A stretch of 64,000 bases of DNA. Source: Clostridia bacterium. GTDB lineage: Bacteria; Bacillota; Clostridia; Christensenellales; UBA1242. Of this stretch, positions 61,480 to 64,000 are shown piece after piece; the stretch's first letter is position 1; the number at the start of each line of letters is the position of its first letter. Position numbers and translations under genes: made by a program. The notes below the pieces were generated by a model. The model searched no databases, was not told the DNA's origin, and saw only the letters and a program-made list of their open reading frames with translations. Where the stretch lies: NCBI GenBank assembly GCA_045534265.1, contig JAZSJH010000007.1, positions 45,031 through 109,030 on the forward strand, written 5' to 3'.

Positions 61480-62688
61480 ATGAAAAAACACTTAAAATAT
61501 GTAGGCAGAGGACTTGCTGCTATGTCACTTTTGATTTGTACAGGTGCGGGATTTGCTGGTTGTGGCAAAAATCCTAACACAGAAGCCCAAGTTATGACAC
61601 TATCTGTAAACCCAGGCGTAGAATTTATTGTTGACGAAGAAGACAAAGTAGTATCTGTTACTGCAAGCAACGAAGACGGCGCGTATATTCTAAATCATTT
61701 TTCTGATTTTACAGGAATGAGTGCAAAAGATGCTGCGTTGAAATTTTTGGAGCTTTCAGAAGAATATGGTTTTGTTGTAGAGGGTTATACTGATGGCGAA
61801 ACATTTACAATTTCTGTATCAGGTGAAGGTGCACAAGACCTTTATAATGATGTAAAAGCAAAAATCCAAACAAAAGCTACAGAGCTTGGACTTGAAATTG
61901 GCAGTATGGTAAAAATTACTGAAAGCAAGCTTGAAGAAATGATTGAAGAGTGCTATCAAGAATACACAGAGGCAGAAATTGCTGCAATGGACGAAGAAGA
62001 ACTTTTGGAACTATTGCAAAAGTCACGTGAAGAAACAGAAGGTTTGTTTACAGACGAACAAAGACTAGAGTACTACAAAGACAGAGCAAAACAAATTTTT
62101 GAATCAAGAATTTCAGCCATTAACGAATATATCAATGACAAAGCTACACATCTAGCTGCATTAAAAAGCCAAATCGAAGCTCACCTTACTGGAGAAGTAA
62201 AGAGCTTGATTCAAGGAGCTTATGGTGCAATTGATACTCAATTTAACACATTGTTTGCAGAAGTAGAAACATTGTCAGTAAATTATATCGCAGCAAAACA
62301 AGAATATCTTGATGCTGTAGATACATATAAACAAGCAGTAGAAGCTGGCGTAGAATCTGCAATCACTGCAGCAAAAACTGCTCTAGATGATGCAAAGGCA
62401 GCAGCTGAAGCAATAGCTGAACAACTAGAAACTGCAAGAGCTCAAGCAAAAGAAAACTTTATGAACGCTGTAAAAACTAATGTACATACAGATAACTTTA
62501 GTCAATTTATAAACAAAATTAATGATTTTGTAGAAGATATTAACGGTATTATCCAAAATATCCAAATCCCAGGCATCACAATTGAAGGAATTGATATTGA
62601 AAAAGAAATCAAAGATAATATCGACAGCTTTAGAGATGGTTTCAAAGCCGGAATCGAAAATCCTTGGGGAACTCCTGTAGCTGAATAA
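61480..62688 (+). CDS. Lipoprotein with long alpha-helical/coiled-coil region, unknown function
   Basis: Signal peptide and lipobox (LLICTGAGFAGC-GKN). E/A/K/Q-rich helical sequence. GGGGG SD. Confidence 0.7.
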   Translation: MKKHLKYVGRGLAAMSLLICTGAGFAGCGKNPNTEAQVMTLSVNPGVEFIVDEEDKVVSVTASNEDGAYILNHFSDFTGMSAKDAALKFLELSEEYGFVVEGYTDGETFTISVSGEGAQDLYNDVKAKIQTKATELGLEIGSMVKITESKLEEMIEECYQEYTEAEIAAMDEEELLELLQKSREETEGLFTDEQRLEYYKDRAKQIFESRISAINEYINDKATHLAALKSQIEAHLTGEVKSLIQGAYGAIDTQFNTLFAEVETLSVNYIAAKQEYLDAVDTYKQAVEAGVESAITAAKTALDDAKAAAEAIAEQLETARAQAKENFMNAVKTNVHTDNFSQFINKINDFVEDINGIIQNIQIPGITIEGIDIEKEIKDNIDSFRDGFKAGIENPWGTPVAE

Positions 62689-62705
62689 TGATAAAAATAA
62701 AAAAA

Positions 62706-62731
62706 AGACTTGGAAATTCAAGTCTTTTTTT
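62706..62731. terminator. Bidirectional terminator
   Basis: AGACTTG-gaaatt-CAAGTCT flanked by A-run and T-run. Confidence 0.75.
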
Positions 62732-62735
62732 GTTT

Positions 62736-63287
62736 TTAATCTTTTATATCTTCGTCTATCTCTGATGGGTGATGTTTTGGTGGCGGCATAATAAGAAAGG
62801 CTTTTTTGTATTCTCTTAGGTAATCTCCCGGAGTTATCATTCTTATTGGACCTTCGCCGTCACTACCATCAAGGTCTAAGTCAAAAGCACATAAGTTTTT
62901 ATATGCAAGAATAGGAATTTTCTTTTTTGTTTTTAGTTTCTTTACCCTGTGGGCATACATCTTATCGCAAAAAGTAGCAGGCCTTGCTCTATAAACAACT
63001 CCGTCATCAGCTTGGTACTCTATCAATACCTGATATTCTTTTGCGCTACCTTTTTTCTCTCCAGTCCCAGGAATAACCGTTGCACTATGGAATTTGCCCA
63101 CATATCTTTTGCCGTATCTATGTAGTGTGCGTTGGTCTATTTGATTATATTTTTTCCATTTACTCTTTGACCAAGCGTTAAAAATAATAGCAAAGAAAAT
63201 TCCTAATACAAATAATCCACCACCAGCAAAGGCAAGAATAGTAGTTATGCCATCTAAAGTAGCGGCGTTAAAATTGATTGCTCCCAT
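62736..63287 (-). CDS. Membrane-anchored protein (DUF3592-like pattern)
   Basis: 183 aa. N-terminal TM helix (ILAFAGGGLFVLGIFFAIIF) then a beta-rich domain (GKFHSATVIPG...YQVLIEYQADDGVVYRA). AGGAG SD inside the upstream gene end. Confidence 0.55.
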   Translation of the reverse strand: MGAINFNAATLDGITTILAFAGGGLFVLGIFFAIIFNAWSKSKWKKYNQIDQRTLHRYGKRYVGKFHSATVIPGTGEKKGSAKEYQVLIEYQADDGVVYRARPATFCDKMYAHRVKKLKTKKKIPILAYKNLCAFDLDLDGSDGEGPIRMITPGDYLREYKKAFLIMPPPKHHPSEIDEDIKD

Positions 63288-63289
63288 AA

Positions 63290-64000
63290 TTATTCTCCTT
63301 TTTGTTTTTTAGGCTTTTCTTTTAATAATATCTTAAATATTCCTAGCTGCATCTTTGCTGGAACAAGGTTTAGAAGTTTTAGTTTTACGCTTGCGTTTTT
63401 TGTGTATACAAATTTAGGTTTTTTCTTGTTTAATATTTTCAAAACAAGCTTTCCTATTTTTTCTGCAGGGATAGCACCACCTTGTTGACTATCAACAATC
63501 TTTTTGAAATTGTTAGTATATCCTTTGTACATTACAGTATTTGATACTAGTCTATCTAAAGCATTGCTTGAACTACTTATAAGTTCAGTCTTTACAGCGC
63601 CCGGTCTTAGTGTTATGACATCTATGCCAAGTAGCCCCAATTCCATACGAAGCCCTTCTGCATAGGCATCAAGTGCTTTTTTAGAAATAGAGTAGATAGA
63701 GTTAAAAGGTAAGATTTTGTTTGGAGCTAGTTCACTAGTTGTGATTATTATTTTACCTTTGTTTTTCATAATAAGCGGATAAAACATTTTGTTAATACGA
63801 TAAACGCCAAACAAATTAACATTAAATATCTTTACAAATTCTTCTTCAGTTATTTCAATAAGTGAGTTCATCATTATAATTCCCGCAAAGTTTATGATTG
63901 CATCAAGACTCTCTGTTTCTTTTGATATCTTATCATAAGCTTTTTGAATACTTGCGGTGTTTGTTACATCAACAATTATTTGCTCTATATTTTCATTTTG
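63290..64000 (-). CDS. SDR family oxidoreductase, 5' end outside window
   Basis: The frame stays open to nt 64000 (QNENIEQIIVDVTN...INFAGIIMMNS). NxAG-type and YSISK catalytic motifs. The Met at 63874 in the track is internal. Confidence 0.75.
   Translation of the reverse strand, partial: QNENIEQIIVDVTNTASIQKAYDKISKETESLDAIINFAGIIMMNSLIEITEEEFVKIFNVNLFGVYRINKMFYPLIMKNKGKIIITTSELAPNKILPFNSIYSISKKALDAYAEGLRMELGLLGIDVITLRPGAVKTELISSSSNALDRLVSNTVMYKGYTNNFKKIVDSQQGGAIPAEKIGKLVLKILNKKKPKFVYTKNASVKLKLLNLVPAKMQLGIFKILLKEKPKKQKGE

Noticed and set aside
1-64000. CRISPR arrays, cas genes, restriction-modification, toxin-antitoxin, retron/RT, Abi or other canonical defence modules; IS elements
   Set aside because: No spaced direct-repeat array and no Cas, methylase, endonuclease, reverse transcriptase or transposase signature in any of the ORFs read. 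The only helicase has no nuclease or methylase partner.
1-64000. Alternative genetic code 4 (TGA = Trp), considered because of the low G+C and Mollicutes-like feel
   Set aside because: Under the standard code, full-length proteins are obtained, including a 4578-codon ORF. TGA terminates ispH and dtd at the lengths expected for those families (ATGA overlaps).

Overview
AT-rich bacterial chromosomal segment (G+C looks like about one third by eye; not computed). Genetic code 11 fits: TGA acts as a stop in two ATGA gene overlaps, and a 13.7-kb ORF is uninterrupted. Most genes have an AGGAG-type Shine-Dalgarno, and most transcription units end in a hairpin plus T-tract. This points to a Bacillota (Firmicutes)-like genome; no species can be assigned from sequence alone.

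I call 53 protein-coding genes, 3 tRNAs (Arg-ACG, Arg-UCG, Ser-GCU) and one 93-nt histidine-kinase gene remnant. Two genes run off the window ends, and two small genes are absent from the supplied ORF track. I also list many promoters and terminators that can be read directly.

Content is mostly housekeeping or accessory metabolism:
- Core functions: ispH, glgB, ldh, mscL, lepB, radC, HU, tex, degV, dtd, metG, folD.
- A fused ABC/FtsX transporter and a rhomboid protease.
- Several GNAT, Nudix, HD and SDR enzymes.

I found no rRNA, CRISPR array, transposase, integrase, phage module or canonical defence system, and I do not claim a clear new system.

The items most worth a second look are:
1. 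A 13.7-kb gene for a 4569-aa lipoprotein built from Big_2, MBG-like and about 20 tandem Ig-like units.
2. A single polypeptide fusing an arginine-decarboxylase-type domain, a GNAT-like domain and agmatine deiminase.
3. An SF2 DEAH helicase with an internal transmembrane hairpin, translationally coupled to ispH.
4. A tight operon of a NadR-like P-loop/CYTH fusion, an 86-aa 3-TM protein and an extended MscL.
5. At least four genes with a leaderless-type layout (-10 hexamer, 6 nt, ATG, no SD).
6. A histidine-kinase tail fused in frame behind a Nudix stop codon.
7. Palindromic operator candidates next to the XRE and TetR regulators.
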